From IMG/VR virus record IMGVR_UViG_3300011338_000533, positions 1 through 24,706 of that record: a stretch of 24,706 nucleotides of DNA; one strand, written 5' to 3'. The stretch is from a virus (lineage: Duplodnaviria > Caudoviricetes). This document shows, piece by piece, positions 6,608 through 17,465 of the stretch (its first letter is position 1; every line of letters begins with the position of its first letter). The notes beneath the pieces are model-generated. The model did no database searches. It saw only the letters and a program-made list of their open reading frames with translations, and was not told the origin of the DNA. Made by a program: the position numbers and the translations under genes.

Positions 6608-7003
6608 ATGGAAGTAAAAAAAGTAACTAAAAAAATAAAAGTAACCACTCCTGATGTAATAAAGTATCAGTTAATAACAGAAATAATGTTTATGAAAAAA
6701 GAACATTTGATTCCTTCTGATTTAGACATACTTATATTACTTGTAATGTGGGGACCAATGGAGTTAGTAGGTTTTTGCATGAATGCTGCAAAGCAATTAT
6801 ATCCTGAAACTGCTCCTGAAGACTTGTCTGTACGTTCACAAAATGTTCGTAACAGAATTGTAAAACTTGAAAAAAGAAATATTGTGGTAAAATCTAAAAC
6901 CGGTAGAAAGGTTATAGGTTTAAATCCTGATATAGATGTGCATTCTAAAGGTAATATATTGTTAGACTATAATTATTTGGCAATTGAATCCAATAAAGCG
7001 TAA
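6608..7003 (+). CDS. Putative winged-helix DNA-binding protein
   Basis: SQNVRNRIVKLEKRNIVVK helix followed by a wing-like strand pair. Confidence 0.55.
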   Translation: MEVKKVTKKIKVTTPDVIKYQLITEIMFMKKEHLIPSDLDILILLVMWGPMELVGFCMNAAKQLYPETAPEDLSVRSQNVRNRIVKLEKRNIVVKSKTGRKVIGLNPDIDVHSKGNILLDYNYLAIESNKA

Positions 7004-7376
7004 AACAATAGTAGAAAAAACAGCACAAGACTTAGGTCTTTCTGTCCAAACAGTAGATGAAATTGTTTCATTTTATTATAAAACTGTACAAAAAAAATTA
7101 TCTGCTGCAGAACATCATTCAATTGCAGTTCCCAATTTGGGAACATTTGTTGTTAAAAGAAAAGCATTAGAAGAAAAAATTAAAAAGAATATATATTTTG
7201 TACAAAAAATAGAAACAAATGTTGACATCTCTGTACAAACGTATGAGTTAATTATTCAAAAACGTAAAGACATTGCTAATTATTTGCAATTGTTAGAGTT
7301 AATGAATTTAGAACAAAAAAGAAAACAAGAAGTCAAACTTAAAAAACAAGAATTTAAAGATGGCAAATCCAATTAG
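6984..7376 (+). CDS. IHF/HU-like DNA-binding protein
   Basis: IVEKTAQDLGLSVQTVDEIV...SIAVPNLGTFVVK matches the HU/IHF core; IHF-like genes are usual in crAss-like phages. Confidence 0.7.
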   Translation: MNPIKRKTIVEKTAQDLGLSVQTVDEIVSFYYKTVQKKLSAAEHHSIAVPNLGTFVVKRKALEEKIKKNIYFVQKIETNVDISVQTYELIIQKRKDIANYLQLLELMNLEQKRKQEVKLKKQEFKDGKSN

Positions 7377-7668
7377 AATCTGGAAAAATCGTGGGTTGAT
7401 TATGGAAGGTATCAAAAACAATATGTTTAAGACAGCACACGTAGAAAATATTGCATTTTTTAGAAATGAAATATGCAAAGATTGCGAATTTGTAGATTTA
7501 AAAGGTGCGAATTGTGCTGTGCCAACAACTCAACCTTGTTGTTCTGAATGTGGTTGTTCTTTAAAATTAAAGACAAGATCCCTTGCTTCTGAATGTCCTA
7601 AAGGATTTTGGAAAGCAGAATTAACAGAAGCAGAAGAACAAGAACTTTTAAAACAAATAAACAAATAA
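7360..7668 (+). CDS. Cys-rich Zn-binding protein
   Basis: RNEICKDC...CCSECGCSLKLKTRSLASECPKGFW pattern. Confidence 0.7.
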   Translation: MANPIRIWKNRGLIMEGIKNNMFKTAHVENIAFFRNEICKDCEFVDLKGANCAVPTTQPCCSECGCSLKLKTRSLASECPKGFWKAELTEAEEQELLKQINK

Positions 7669-7670
7669 TC

Positions 7671-8516
7671 ATGGCAATAGTATTTGAAGCAGCAACACAT
7701 TCTTACGTGTCAATAGATCCGGAAGATAAAACAAAATGGAAATCTGTAACCACTTTGTTAAGTGGATTAAAGCAACCATTTGATTCTGAGGCAATTGCGC
7801 TTAGGTGTTCTAAAAACACTCGTAAAGATAATAAGTGGAGAGGTATGACTCCTGAACAAATACAAAGTGCGTGGAAACGCGAGTCAGATAGAGCATGTGC
7901 ATTGGGTAACTGGTATCATGACCAACGCGAACAAGATATTGTAGGTTGTGATACAATGGTTAGACATGATAGTGAATTACCTGTTATTAAACCATTACTT
8001 GATGGAAATGGAAAAAAATTAGCACCATTGCAAAAATTAATTAATGGTATTTATCCAGAACACATGGTATATTTAAAATCAGCAGGTATATGTGGACAAT
8101 CTGATCTTGTAGAAGTAGCAGATAACACTGTTCATATTACAGATTATAAAACAAATAAAGAAATTAAAAAAGAGTCCTTTAAAAACTGGGAAGGTATTTC
8201 TAAAAAAATGTTGGGTCCTGTTTCACATTTAGATGATTGCAATTTAAATCATTATAACTTACAACTCAGTATTTATATGTATATTATATTGAAGCATAAT
8301 CCTAATTTAAAAGCTGGAAAATTAATTATACATCATATTACTTTTGAGGAAGAAGAACAAAAAGATGAGTTTGGGTATCCTATTATAAAAACAAACATTG
8401 AAGGTGATCCTATTATTCGCGATATTGAAGTGCACGAACTTCCTTATTTAAAACAAGAAGTAATTGATATTTTAAATTGGTATAAGGATAATCCAAATGC
8501 TGCAACTAAAAAATAA
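7671..8516 (+). CDS. PD-(D/E)XK-family nuclease
   Basis: SVTTLL, GNWYH, E...GICGQSDLV...ITDYKT and YNLQLSIY motifs; start MAIVF at 7671, just after the upstream stop. Confidence 0.85.
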   Translation: MAIVFEAATHSYVSIDPEDKTKWKSVTTLLSGLKQPFDSEAIALRCSKNTRKDNKWRGMTPEQIQSAWKRESDRACALGNWYHDQREQDIVGCDTMVRHDSELPVIKPLLDGNGKKLAPLQKLINGIYPEHMVYLKSAGICGQSDLVEVADNTVHITDYKTNKEIKKESFKNWEGISKKMLGPVSHLDDCNLNHYNLQLSIYMYIILKHNPNLKAGKLIIHHITFEEEEQKDEFGYPIIKTNIEGDPIIRDIEVHELPYLKQEVIDILNWYKDNPNAATKK

Positions 8517-8521
8517 ATAAA

Positions 8522-9037
8522 ATGATTAGACTATTTGATATTCAAAACGGAACAGTAGTACCAAGTGAACATTGTTATGTATTAAGAGATTTAAAAATGA
8601 TAATTGACGCATATCCTGATGATTATCAAAATGTTTTTGCATATTTATTTTATATGACCTGTCCAAATCCTGATTTGAATCCTTATTTTGATACGCAAGA
8701 ACATGAAAAAGAAGAACTTATACTTTCGCAGCTTAATGTCAATTTTAGTACTGAAGATGATCTTATCGTTGATGCTCTTAAACTTTGTAGCAAATTGTAT
8801 GAGACCCCTACGTTTCGTGCATACATGGGTATCAAAAGCATGCTCGATCGTCTCGGAAGGTATATGGAAACTACTCCTATTGAACACGGTAGGGATGGTA
8901 ATATTAATTCGATGGTTAATGCTGCTGCAAAGTTTGAACAAATTAGGATGTCTTTTAAAGGTGCATACAAAGACCTTATGGAAGAACAAAAATCACAAGT
9001 AAGAGGTGGTCAACAAGTAGCATATGATCAAATGTAA
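8522..9037 (+). CDS. Helical protein upstream of TerL (terminase small subunit candidate)
   Basis: 171 aa, helical, C-terminal VRGG; function inferred from position only. Confidence 0.5.
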   Translation: MIRLFDIQNGTVVPSEHCYVLRDLKMIIDAYPDDYQNVFAYLFYMTCPNPDLNPYFDTQEHEKEELILSQLNVNFSTEDDLIVDALKLCSKLYETPTFRAYMGIKSMLDRLGRYMETTPIEHGRDGNINSMVNAAAKFEQIRMSFKGAYKDLMEEQKSQVRGGQQVAYDQM

Positions 9038-9041
9038 CAAT

Positions 9042-9224
9042 ATGAAAGACAACGCATTATACAATTGGATGTTTCATTATAACAGTCATACAGGATTGTG
9101 GAATGCTTTTCATAGAGAAGATCATGCTGCATACTGGAATGGTTCAATAAATGAACATAATATTTATCAACACACAAGTATTGATGAACTATTAAAAATA
9201 TTAAAAACTCTTACATGTATATAA
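9042..9224 (+). CDS. Small hypothetical protein (LYNWMFHYNSHTGLWNAF...)
   Basis: ORF 9024..9224; likely start MKDN at 9042; overlaps the TerL start. Confidence 0.65.
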   Translation: MKDNALYNWMFHYNSHTGLWNAFHREDHAAYWNGSINEHNIYQHTSIDELLKILKTLTCI

Positions 9225-11416
9225 ATATACCCACATACGATTATGTAACAGACACATGGTCAATAACAGAATTTGAAAAACGTGAACAATTTGTAGAATT
9301 TATGTGGTCTGTGTTTAAAGAACCAGGTAAATATGAATTTGATGAATGTTCTCACAAATTTAATGAGCAAGCAATATTGTTTAATAAAAATAACAAAGTA
9401 TATTGTATTGCTCCAATGCGTTCAAAAGATTACATTACTTATTGGGATGATCAAAAACTTAAATGTAGAAATGGTGTAATTTATAAAAATGGTGATAAGA
9501 CATGGTATTTAACCAGAGAATATTACATGTGGTTAAATTTTTTACCAATCTACGATAAAGAAGAAGCACGTTTTGGATTTGCAAAAGTCAGAGATGCCCA
9601 GTATCACATGGCATTGTATGAAGAAATTGGAAGACATTCTTATAAGCATGCTGTTATTTTAAAGAAACGTCAGATTGCATCTAGTTATTACCATGGTGCA
9701 AAAATGATTAATTACTTCTGGTTTGAAGAAGGTTCTATTAGTAAAATGGCAGGTTCACTTAAAGACTATATTAGTGAAAAAGGTACATGGCGTTTTCTTG
9801 AAGAATATCGAAACTTTCTTAATACTTATACTGCATGGTATAGACCGTGTACACCAGATAAAGTTTTAAACTGGGAACAAAAAATTGAAATCAATCAAGG
9901 TGGTAAAAAACGCGATATAGGTTTAAAATCTGTAATATTTGGTTTAGTACTTGATAAAGATCCTACAAATGGAGTAGGAGGACCTTGTACATTGTTTTAT
10001 CATGAAGAGGCAGGTATTGCTCCAAAGATGAACATGACAATGGAGTACTTACTTCCAGCTATGAAATCAGGTATGATATATACCGGACAGTTTATTGCAG
10101 CAGGTTCTGTAGGGGACCTTGCTCAATGTGAACCTTTGCGTGACATGTTGTTAAATCCTGATAGTAAAGATGTACTAGCTGTAGAAACAAATTTATTAAA
10201 TGATAAAGGTGAAATAGCACAGTGCGGTTTATTTATTCCTGAACAATGGTCAATGCTTCCTTGTATTGATGATTATGGAAATTCTCAAGTTGAAAGAGCA
10301 ATTGAAATGATTCTTGAAGAGCGATTAGACTGGAAAAAGAAATTAAAACCTGATGACTATCAACTTCGTATTTCTCAGAAACCTATTAACATTGAAGAGG
10401 CATTTGCACATAGAACTAAATCAGTATTTCCATTGCATTTGGTTACACAACAAATCAGAAGAATTGAAGAAGGTGAGTACTATAAAGAATTTTTAGAGTT
10501 ATCACGTGATGAAACTGGAAAAGTTGTAGCAAAAGATTCTAAAAAAATTCCAATATCAGAATTTCCAATATCTCCAAAAACTCAAGATAAAGAAGGAGTG
10601 CTTGTAGTATGGGAAAGACCTCATAAAGATCCTACATTTGGAATGTATTATGCATCTGTCGATCCTGTTGCTGAGGGTAAAACAAATACTTCAGATTCAT
10701 TATGTTCTATTTACATATACAGAACCTCTCAAGAAATAACTACACATAAAGCAGATGGTACAATTGAATCTACAATTGAACGAGATAGAATTGTTGCAGC
10801 ATGGTGTGGAAGATTTGATGACTTAAATAAAACGCACGAGAGGCTTGAACTTATCATTGAATGGTATAATGCTTGGACAATATGTGAAAACAACGTCAGC
10901 GCCTTTATTCAGCACATGATTGCTCGTAGAAAACAAAAGTATTTGGTTCCTAAAACTCAAATTATGTTTTTAAAAGAAATACAAGCAAACATGAATGTGT
11001 TTCAAGAATATGGTTGGAAAAACGTTGGTACCATGTTTAAAGTAAATATTATACCTTATGGTAAACAATTTCTTGAAGAAGAGTTGGATTATGAAACAAA
11101 AACAGACGGAACTATTGTAAAAACTACGTATGGTGTTGAAAGAATACCTGACATAATGTTGCTTAAAGAAATGGCTGCGTATCGTGATGGATTAAACGTC
11201 GATAGAATTGTAGCATTTTGTGCTTTAGTAGCATTTGCAAAAGTTCAAGAATCAAATAGAGGATACACAAAACGTGTTGAAAGAGAAGATGATAATTTGC
11301 AAAAGTCAAATAAAAATACTAAATTGAGAGTGAGTCCTTTTCGACATTATGGTACTTCACATTCTAGTAATGACAGTATGAGAAAACCTCGCAATCCTTT
11401 TAAAAATATTAAATAA
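9215..11416 (+). CDS. terL: Terminase large subunit
   Basis: 733 aa; Walker A-like ILKKRQIASSY, Walker B FYHEEAG, RNase H-like nuclease motif YYASVDPV and NVDR; lies before the portal gene. Confidence 0.9.
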   Translation: MYINIPTYDYVTDTWSITEFEKREQFVEFMWSVFKEPGKYEFDECSHKFNEQAILFNKNNKVYCIAPMRSKDYITYWDDQKLKCRNGVIYKNGDKTWYLTREYYMWLNFLPIYDKEEARFGFAKVRDAQYHMALYEEIGRHSYKHAVILKKRQIASSYYHGAKMINYFWFEEGSISKMAGSLKDYISEKGTWRFLEEYRNFLNTYTAWYRPCTPDKVLNWEQKIEINQGGKKRDIGLKSVIFGLVLDKDPTNGVGGPCTLFYHEEAGIAPKMNMTMEYLLPAMKSGMIYTGQFIAAGSVGDLAQCEPLRDMLLNPDSKDVLAVETNLLNDKGEIAQCGLFIPEQWSMLPCIDDYGNSQVERAIEMILEERLDWKKKLKPDDYQLRISQKPINIEEAFAHRTKSVFPLHLVTQQIRRIEEGEYYKEFLELSRDETGKVVAKDSKKIPISEFPISPKTQDKEGVLVVWERPHKDPTFGMYYASVDPVAEGKTNTSDSLCSIYIYRTSQEITTHKADGTIESTIERDRIVAAWCGRFDDLNKTHERLELIIEWYNAWTICENNVSAFIQHMIARRKQKYLVPKTQIMFLKEIQANMNVFQEYGWKNVGTMFKVNIIPYGKQFLEEELDYETKTDGTIVKTTYGVERIPDIMLLKEMAAYRDGLNVDRIVAFCALVAFAKVQESNRGYTKRVEREDDNLQKSNKNTKLRVSPFRHYGTSHSSNDSMRKPRNPFKNIK

Positions 11417-11448
11417 TAATATATAACTTCGTCAAAAATATATAAGTT

Positions 11449-14196
11449 ATGCCAAAAATATATAATGCATTACAGTTAAAAGCTGGAGCAAAATCAGATT
11501 ATAACAGAATGGGTTCTATAACTCAACCTGTTCAATTTTTGTTAACAAAAGACAAAGATGAAACATGGGGTGCGTGGAATATGGACTGGTATGAAATGCA
11601 AGGTTTAAAACAAATTAGACGTAATGCAAGACGCTTGTTAAAAAATTACAAACTTGCAAATGGTATAATTGATAAATCTGATTACATTGTCGAAGAAGAC
11701 AATGAGATGGCAGATTTAATTGACACTCTTACAAAAGAAGACGAATCTGCATTTGAATTAAAGTTTTTTCCTATTATACCAAATGTTATAAATGTATTAA
11801 CAGGTGAGTTTGCAAAACGTAATGATAGAATTACGTATCGCGCTGTTGATGACAGGTCTTTCAACGAAATGGTTGAAATGAAAAAAGGCATGATAGAACA
11901 AACTCTTGTGAGTTATGGTGAGCAAAAAATGCAACAAACCATTGAACAAATGAGTTTGGACTTACAAAATCCAGAACAAGCACAACAGGCGCAACAAATG
12001 ATGTCGCCTGAAAATATAAAGTCATTACCTGAAATAGAACAATTCTTTAAAAAAGATTATCGTTCTATGATTGAACAATGGGCAACGCATCAACATGAAG
12101 TTGACGGTGAACGTTTTACAATGAAAGAACTTGAAAATCTTGCATTTAAAGACATGCTTATTGCAGATAGAGAGTTTTGGCATTTTAACATGAGAGAAGA
12201 TGATTATGAAATAGAACTATGGAATCCATTGTTAACTTTTTATCATAAGTCTCCTGAAGCAAGATATATTTCTCAATCCAACTGGGCAGGTCGCATGGAT
12301 CTTATGACTATTTCTGACATCATTGATAAGTATGGTTACATGATGAATGAAGAACAACTTGCTGCTCTTGAGGTTATATATCCTGTAAAATCTGCAGGAT
12401 ACATGTTACCAGGTGTTCAAAATGATGGTTCTTTTTATGATGCTACGCGTTCGCATGAGTGGAATGTTGAAGGACCTTCTTTAGGAATGAGACAATTTAT
12501 TGCACATAGAGATGCTGTTTTAAATACAGGAGATGATATTATATATAGAATCTTAAATGAATCTGAAGATTTAATGGATTTTAGTAATTATTCGTTATTA
12601 CGCGTAACTACTGTATATTGGAAATCACAACGTATGTTAGGACATCTTGTAAAAATAGATGAGCAAGGTATTCCTATGGAAATGATTGTTGATGAAAATT
12701 ATAAAATTACTGAGAAAGCTTTATATGACAACACTGTACTTAAAAACAAAACAAAAGACAATTTATTATATGGGGAGCACATTGATTGGATATGGATCAA
12801 TCAAACGTGGGGTGGTATCAAAATCGGACCAAATAGACCTTCATTTTACGGTAACAACGACAGTACTGGATTTTCTCCAATATATCTTAATGTTAAACCT
12901 GTAAGATTTCAGTTTAAAGGTGATTTTACATTATATGGTTGTAAACTACCTGTTGAAGGAGCTGTGTTTTCAGATAGAAATTCTAAATCTAGATCCTTAG
13001 TTGATAAGATGAAACCTTTTCAAGTAGGATTTAATCTTGTAAACAATCAGATTGCTGACATATTAGTTGATGAATTAGGTACTGTTATCATGCTTGACCA
13101 AAATGCTTTACCTCGCCATAGTATGGGTGAAGACTGGGGGCAAAACAATTTTGCAAAAGCATATGTTGCAATGAAAGATTTTCAAATGTTACCATTAGAT
13201 ACTTCTATTACTAACACTGAAAATGCTTTGAATTTCCAACATTATCAAGTTTTAAATCTTGAACAAACAAATAGATTATTATCTCGTATACAATTATCTA
13301 CTTATTTTAAAACTCAAGCATTTGAATCTATTGGTATTACACAACAACGATTAGGAGGTCCTACATCTCAAGAAACAGCTACAGGAGTAACGCAAGCGTT
13401 AAACCAATCTTTTTCTCAAACAGAAATGTACTTTGTACAACACAGTGAAAACTTAATGCCACGTGTACATCAGATGCGTACAGATCTTGCACAATATTAC
13501 CATAGTAATAAACCAAGTATCAGATTGCAATACATGACTTCTATGGATGAAAAAGTCAATTTTGAAATTAACGGTACCGAATTATTATCTCGTGAACTAA
13601 ACGTATTTACTTCTACAAAAGTAAATCAACGTATGATTACTGAACAAATAAGACAACTTGCTTTGTCAAATAATACAGCAGGTGCATCTATATATGATCT
13701 TGGAAGCATTATTAAAGCAGACAGTATGTCTGAAATTACACATGTTCTTAAAGGAATTGAAGAAAAAGTTAATGCTCAACGTATGCAAGAACAACAAGTT
13801 CAACAACAAACAGTTCAAATGGAACAACAAGCTGAAACAGAAAGACAAGAACAAAAACTTGCTTTTGAAGCTGAACAAAATCAATTGGATCGTGACAATG
13901 CTATTCGCGAAGCTGAAATACGTTCTGCAGGATACACCGGTATGCAAGATATGGATGAAAACAAACAATCAGATTATATTGACACATTAAAATATCTTGA
14001 TGAAAAGAATGCACGTAATGAAAGCGCGTCTTTACAAAGAGAAAAACAAATAAATGATCAAGTAAACGAGCAACGTAAAGCAAGCTTAACACAACAAGAA
14101 TTACAAACTCGCGAAAGAATTGCTGACAAACAAGTGCAAATTGCAGCAATGAACAAGAACAAATATGACGCAAAACCTTCATCAAACAAGAAGTAA
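11449..14196 (+). CDS. Portal protein
   Basis: 915 aa following TerL; FFPIIPNVINVLTGE and IGITQQRLG...ETATGV motifs; long C-terminal coiled coil as in crAss-like portals. Confidence 0.88.
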   Translation: MPKIYNALQLKAGAKSDYNRMGSITQPVQFLLTKDKDETWGAWNMDWYEMQGLKQIRRNARRLLKNYKLANGIIDKSDYIVEEDNEMADLIDTLTKEDESAFELKFFPIIPNVINVLTGEFAKRNDRITYRAVDDRSFNEMVEMKKGMIEQTLVSYGEQKMQQTIEQMSLDLQNPEQAQQAQQMMSPENIKSLPEIEQFFKKDYRSMIEQWATHQHEVDGERFTMKELENLAFKDMLIADREFWHFNMREDDYEIELWNPLLTFYHKSPEARYISQSNWAGRMDLMTISDIIDKYGYMMNEEQLAALEVIYPVKSAGYMLPGVQNDGSFYDATRSHEWNVEGPSLGMRQFIAHRDAVLNTGDDIIYRILNESEDLMDFSNYSLLRVTTVYWKSQRMLGHLVKIDEQGIPMEMIVDENYKITEKALYDNTVLKNKTKDNLLYGEHIDWIWINQTWGGIKIGPNRPSFYGNNDSTGFSPIYLNVKPVRFQFKGDFTLYGCKLPVEGAVFSDRNSKSRSLVDKMKPFQVGFNLVNNQIADILVDELGTVIMLDQNALPRHSMGEDWGQNNFAKAYVAMKDFQMLPLDTSITNTENALNFQHYQVLNLEQTNRLLSRIQLSTYFKTQAFESIGITQQRLGGPTSQETATGVTQALNQSFSQTEMYFVQHSENLMPRVHQMRTDLAQYYHSNKPSIRLQYMTSMDEKVNFEINGTELLSRELNVFTSTKVNQRMITEQIRQLALSNNTAGASIYDLGSIIKADSMSEITHVLKGIEEKVNAQRMQEQQVQQQTVQMEQQAETERQEQKLAFEAEQNQLDRDNAIREAEIRSAGYTGMQDMDENKQSDYIDTLKYLDEKNARNESASLQREKQINDQVNEQRKASLTQQELQTRERIADKQVQIAAMNKNKYDAKPSSNKK

Positions 14197-14320
14197 AATT
14201 TATTATAGCGTTATAGTATAAAAAAATTAAAAATAATTTTATGTAATTGTAAATCTTTAAGATTTAATTATGTAGATTATATATGAAGAAAGAATAGAAA
14301 ATAACTAACAACAAATTAAA

Positions 14321-15577
14321 ATGAATACAGAAAAAAACAACAGCACAGTTGATAATGTAAGTATTGACAACATTGATGATTTTTTACCAATGCCTGGTGC
14401 AGAAAGTATTGTAACATCAGATGAAGAAGAAAGCAAACCCAACTTGTTTTCATCAGAAAATAAACCTGTTAACATGGACTTTTTGGATGACACTTCGAAA
14501 AGTAAAAATGATGATGAAGATGACGATACAAGTGAGGCTATTGCAGAATTAGATACAGCATTAGAAAATGGTGATGATGAAGATGATACTAAATCAAAAC
14601 CTGGAAGAAAAAAAACTGATAAAAGTGGTTTAGTTGATTTTTTAAAGAAAAGAATTGAAAACAATGAAATGTTTGCTTTTGATGATTTTGACGATTCAAA
14701 GCAATCATTAGATGATTATCTTGGAAGTCTTTCTGAGAAAGATGTTGAAGATTTATGGAAAGCAAATGTTGACAACATGAAAAATGAAGTTGCTGCTGCT
14801 ACACCAAAAGAGTTCTTTGAAAGTTTACCTGAAGAATTACAATATGCTGCAGAGTATGTTGCTAAAGGTGGACAAGATTTAAAAGGTTTATTTAGAGCAC
14901 TTGCACAAGTTGAAGAAGTTAGAACACTTGATCCTGCTCAACCAGAGCATCAGGAAATGATTGTAAGACAATATTTACAAGCATCTGGATTTGGAGGAGG
15001 AGATCAAGAATTAATTGAAGATCAAATTCAAGAATGGTTTGATAATGGTAATTTGCAAAAGAAAGCAATGCAGTTTCAACCAAAATTAAACGATATGCAA
15101 GAACAAGTTGTACAATCAAAACTTGCACAACAAGAAGCTTACAAACAACAACAACAACAACAAAAGAAAGAAGCATATATGCAAAACATATATGAAACGT
15201 TAAAACCTTCTGAGTTGAACGGTGTTAAAATAGACGGTAAAAGACAAAAGATGTTGTGGGATGAACTTACAACAGTTAAATATGAAAGTCTTACTGGTAG
15301 ACCAACTAACTTGCTTGGAAAACTATTAGAAGATTATCAATTTGGTCAAAAACCAAGATACGATTTAATTGCTGAAACATTATGGTTACTTTCTGATCCA
15401 GATGATTATAAAGAAAACATAAGAAAACAAGCAAAAAATGAAGTTGTTCAAGAAACAGTTAAAAAACTGAAAACAGAAGAAGCAAGAAAAATATCTTCTT
15501 ATGTTAAAGAAGAAACTGAAGACAAAGCACCTTCAAAAAAATTGAGTAAACCTCAAAACATATTTAGTAGACGATAA
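14321..15577 (+). CDS. Scaffold-like protein between portal and capsid genes
   Basis: Very acidic, probably disordered N-terminus, helical body and poly-Q tract; conserved crAss-like position. Confidence 0.6.
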   Translation: MNTEKNNSTVDNVSIDNIDDFLPMPGAESIVTSDEEESKPNLFSSENKPVNMDFLDDTSKSKNDDEDDDTSEAIAELDTALENGDDEDDTKSKPGRKKTDKSGLVDFLKKRIENNEMFAFDDFDDSKQSLDDYLGSLSEKDVEDLWKANVDNMKNEVAAATPKEFFESLPEELQYAAEYVAKGGQDLKGLFRALAQVEEVRTLDPAQPEHQEMIVRQYLQASGFGGGDQELIEDQIQEWFDNGNLQKKAMQFQPKLNDMQEQVVQSKLAQQEAYKQQQQQQKKEAYMQNIYETLKPSELNGVKIDGKRQKMLWDELTTVKYESLTGRPTNLLGKLLEDYQFGQKPRYDLIAETLWLLSDPDDYKENIRKQAKNEVVQETVKKLKTEEARKISSYVKEETEDKAPSKKLSKPQNIFSRR

Positions 15578-15608
15578 CAAATAATAACCTTAAATTAATT
15601 TAATTACA

Positions 15609-17258
15609 ATGGCAACACCTGTTTTAAACAATGGTCTCTTTTTGCGTGACACGACTTACAAAGTTAGTTCGCATGTAGACTCGTACCATTTGCAAAATAT
15701 GCTAAGATCATCAGAACCTATGGATTTAGGACCTGTTGATTTATGGGCAATGACGCAAAAGGTAGAAATGCCTCTTTATCAGATGGCATCTTTTGGTGGT
15801 AAAAACACCATAATGGTAGATAATGCTCGTGGAGAGTACAAATGGCAAACGCCAATCGTACAAGATCTTCCTTACATTGTTGAAGATGTAGAACCTACAC
15901 AAACAGCTTTAGGAGCTGATGGAGTAACGTTCAAAATTAAAATTAACAGACGTATGTTTGGTTCTGGTGATATCATCACTTATGACAAATATAAAGGTCT
16001 TGAATTGTATGTTGTACCAACAGAAGATGTGTTACCTACTGGTGATGGATTTATCTACACTGTTCAGTTAGTAAACAACAACAACACTGCAGCTTTAGAT
16101 AAAAAATATCTTAAACCAGGAACTAAATTCTTCAGAAAAGGTTCTGCTCGTGGTGAGTATGGTGAAAAATTCTCAGATATCGGGGAATTACAAAATGGTT
16201 TCCGTGAGTATTACAACTTTGTAGGAGGTGCAGAAGCTCACGTACACTATTCTATTTCATCTCGTGCTGATATGATGATGAAAGGTGGATTAAATGCTGA
16301 CGGTACTGTTCCTGTAACAGAAATCTGGAGATCATTTGATAAAAACCTTGATCCTTCTATCACTAAGATTGATGATATGGTAAAATCAATGGGTAAAGAT
16401 TACATTAAAAAATCTTATGATAATGGTAATTTAACTCGTTCATTCGTTACTAACTTAGAAGCAGCTCACTTATCAAAAGTTGCAAATGACATCGAAACTT
16501 ACTTAATGTGGGGACAAGGTGGTAGAATTAAACAAGATGGTCCAGATGACATTAGATTATCTGTTGGACTTTGGTCTCAATTAGATAACTCTTTCAAAAG
16601 AATCTATAACAAATCTACTTTTAATTTAGAATTGTTCAGATCAGAAATCTTTAATTTCTACAATGGTAAAGTTGAATTTAAAGGACCAGATCCAAATCGT
16701 CAAATCATTGTTCAAACTGGTATGGCAGGTATGAGAATGGTGAACGAAGCAATTAAAAAAGAAGCATTCTCTGGTACTATTGGAGGTTCTACAGGATTAA
16801 TTGCAAACATGGATAAATCAGGTGTTGGTGCTATTTCTGGTAACAACGCTATGGATTTAAACTTTGGATTTGCTTTTACAAGCTACACAATTCCATTCTT
16901 GGCAAATGTTAAGTTTGTATTGAATCCTGCGTTTGACAATGTTCACACTAATGATATTGAGAATCCTATCATTGATGGATACCCATTATCTTCTTATAAC
17001 TTTATTGTATTTGATATTACTGATAATACAAATGACAACATCTTCTTATTAAAACTTAAATGGGATAATGAGATGAAATGGTTCTATCAAAATGGTACTA
17101 TGGACTATATGGGTAGATCTCAAGGATTTGCATCTTCTGGAAACTTTAATGGTTATAGAGTATTTATGACTCAAACTATGCCAAGTATCTGGGTAAAAGA
17201 TCCAACTAAAGTGTTAAAAATTGTTATGAGAAATCCTATTACAGGAGGTTCATTCTAA
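15609..17258 (+). CDS. Major capsid protein
   Basis: 549 aa; order TerL-portal-X-MCP; YLMWGQGG...GLWSQL and FVLNPAFD motifs as in crAss-like MCPs. Confidence 0.85.
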   Translation: MATPVLNNGLFLRDTTYKVSSHVDSYHLQNMLRSSEPMDLGPVDLWAMTQKVEMPLYQMASFGGKNTIMVDNARGEYKWQTPIVQDLPYIVEDVEPTQTALGADGVTFKIKINRRMFGSGDIITYDKYKGLELYVVPTEDVLPTGDGFIYTVQLVNNNNTAALDKKYLKPGTKFFRKGSARGEYGEKFSDIGELQNGFREYYNFVGGAEAHVHYSISSRADMMMKGGLNADGTVPVTEIWRSFDKNLDPSITKIDDMVKSMGKDYIKKSYDNGNLTRSFVTNLEAAHLSKVANDIETYLMWGQGGRIKQDGPDDIRLSVGLWSQLDNSFKRIYNKSTFNLELFRSEIFNFYNGKVEFKGPDPNRQIIVQTGMAGMRMVNEAIKKEAFSGTIGGSTGLIANMDKSGVGAISGNNAMDLNFGFAFTSYTIPFLANVKFVLNPAFDNVHTNDIENPIIDGYPLSSYNFIVFDITDNTNDNIFLLKLKWDNEMKWFYQNGTMDYMGRSQGFASSGNFNGYRVFMTQTMPSIWVKDPTKVLKIVMRNPITGGSF

Positions 17259-17273
17259 TAATAAACATTAACT

Positions 17274-17312
17274 TTGTACTTCTGGGGAGTTATTATCCCC
17301 AGACAAGTACAA
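17274..17312 (+). terminator. Strong hairpin after MCP (terminator or stability element)
   Basis: TTGTACTTCTGGGGA-gttatta-TCCCCAG(AC)AAGTACAA; 15 bp with a 2-nt bulge; no canonical U-tract. Confidence 0.5.
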
Positions 17313-17320
17313 TAAAAAAT

Positions 17321-17465
17321 AAGTCTCACTTAAAAAATGAGCGTAAGAGATTTCCTCTCTCCCCGAAGTTGACATGGTCATCTTCCTTACCTGCAGAAAT
17401 GTAGGTATTCCTCCTAAGATGTAACAACCTTGACGTGGTTTAGGAGCTTTAAACTAAGAGTTACA
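17321..17465 (+). ncRNA. Candidate structured RNA (multi-stem, possible pseudoknot)
   Basis: Stems AAGTCTC/GAGATTT, TACCTGCA-GAAA-TGTAGGTA and CTCCTAA/TTAGGAG, with enclosed TGTAAC complementary to downstream GTTACA. Confidence 0.4.

Noticed and set aside
8645-9002. Three alternative-frame or antisense ORFs inside 8522..9037
   Set aside because: Shadow ORFs with no protein-like features. The local stretch looks somewhat more GC-rich, which would explain the lack of stops.
15145-15162. (CAA)6 tract as a phase-variation site
   Set aside because: An in-frame poly-Gln run in a Gln-rich helix; unit changes would not shift the frame.
11682-15176. Short antisense or off-frame ORFs within the portal and scaffold-like genes
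   Set aside because: Essentially nested in long genes, with composition mirroring the sense-strand codon bias.
9215-17258. Introns or inteins in terL, portal or MCP
   Set aside because: Each is one continuous ORF, with no recognisable intein termini or homing endonuclease.
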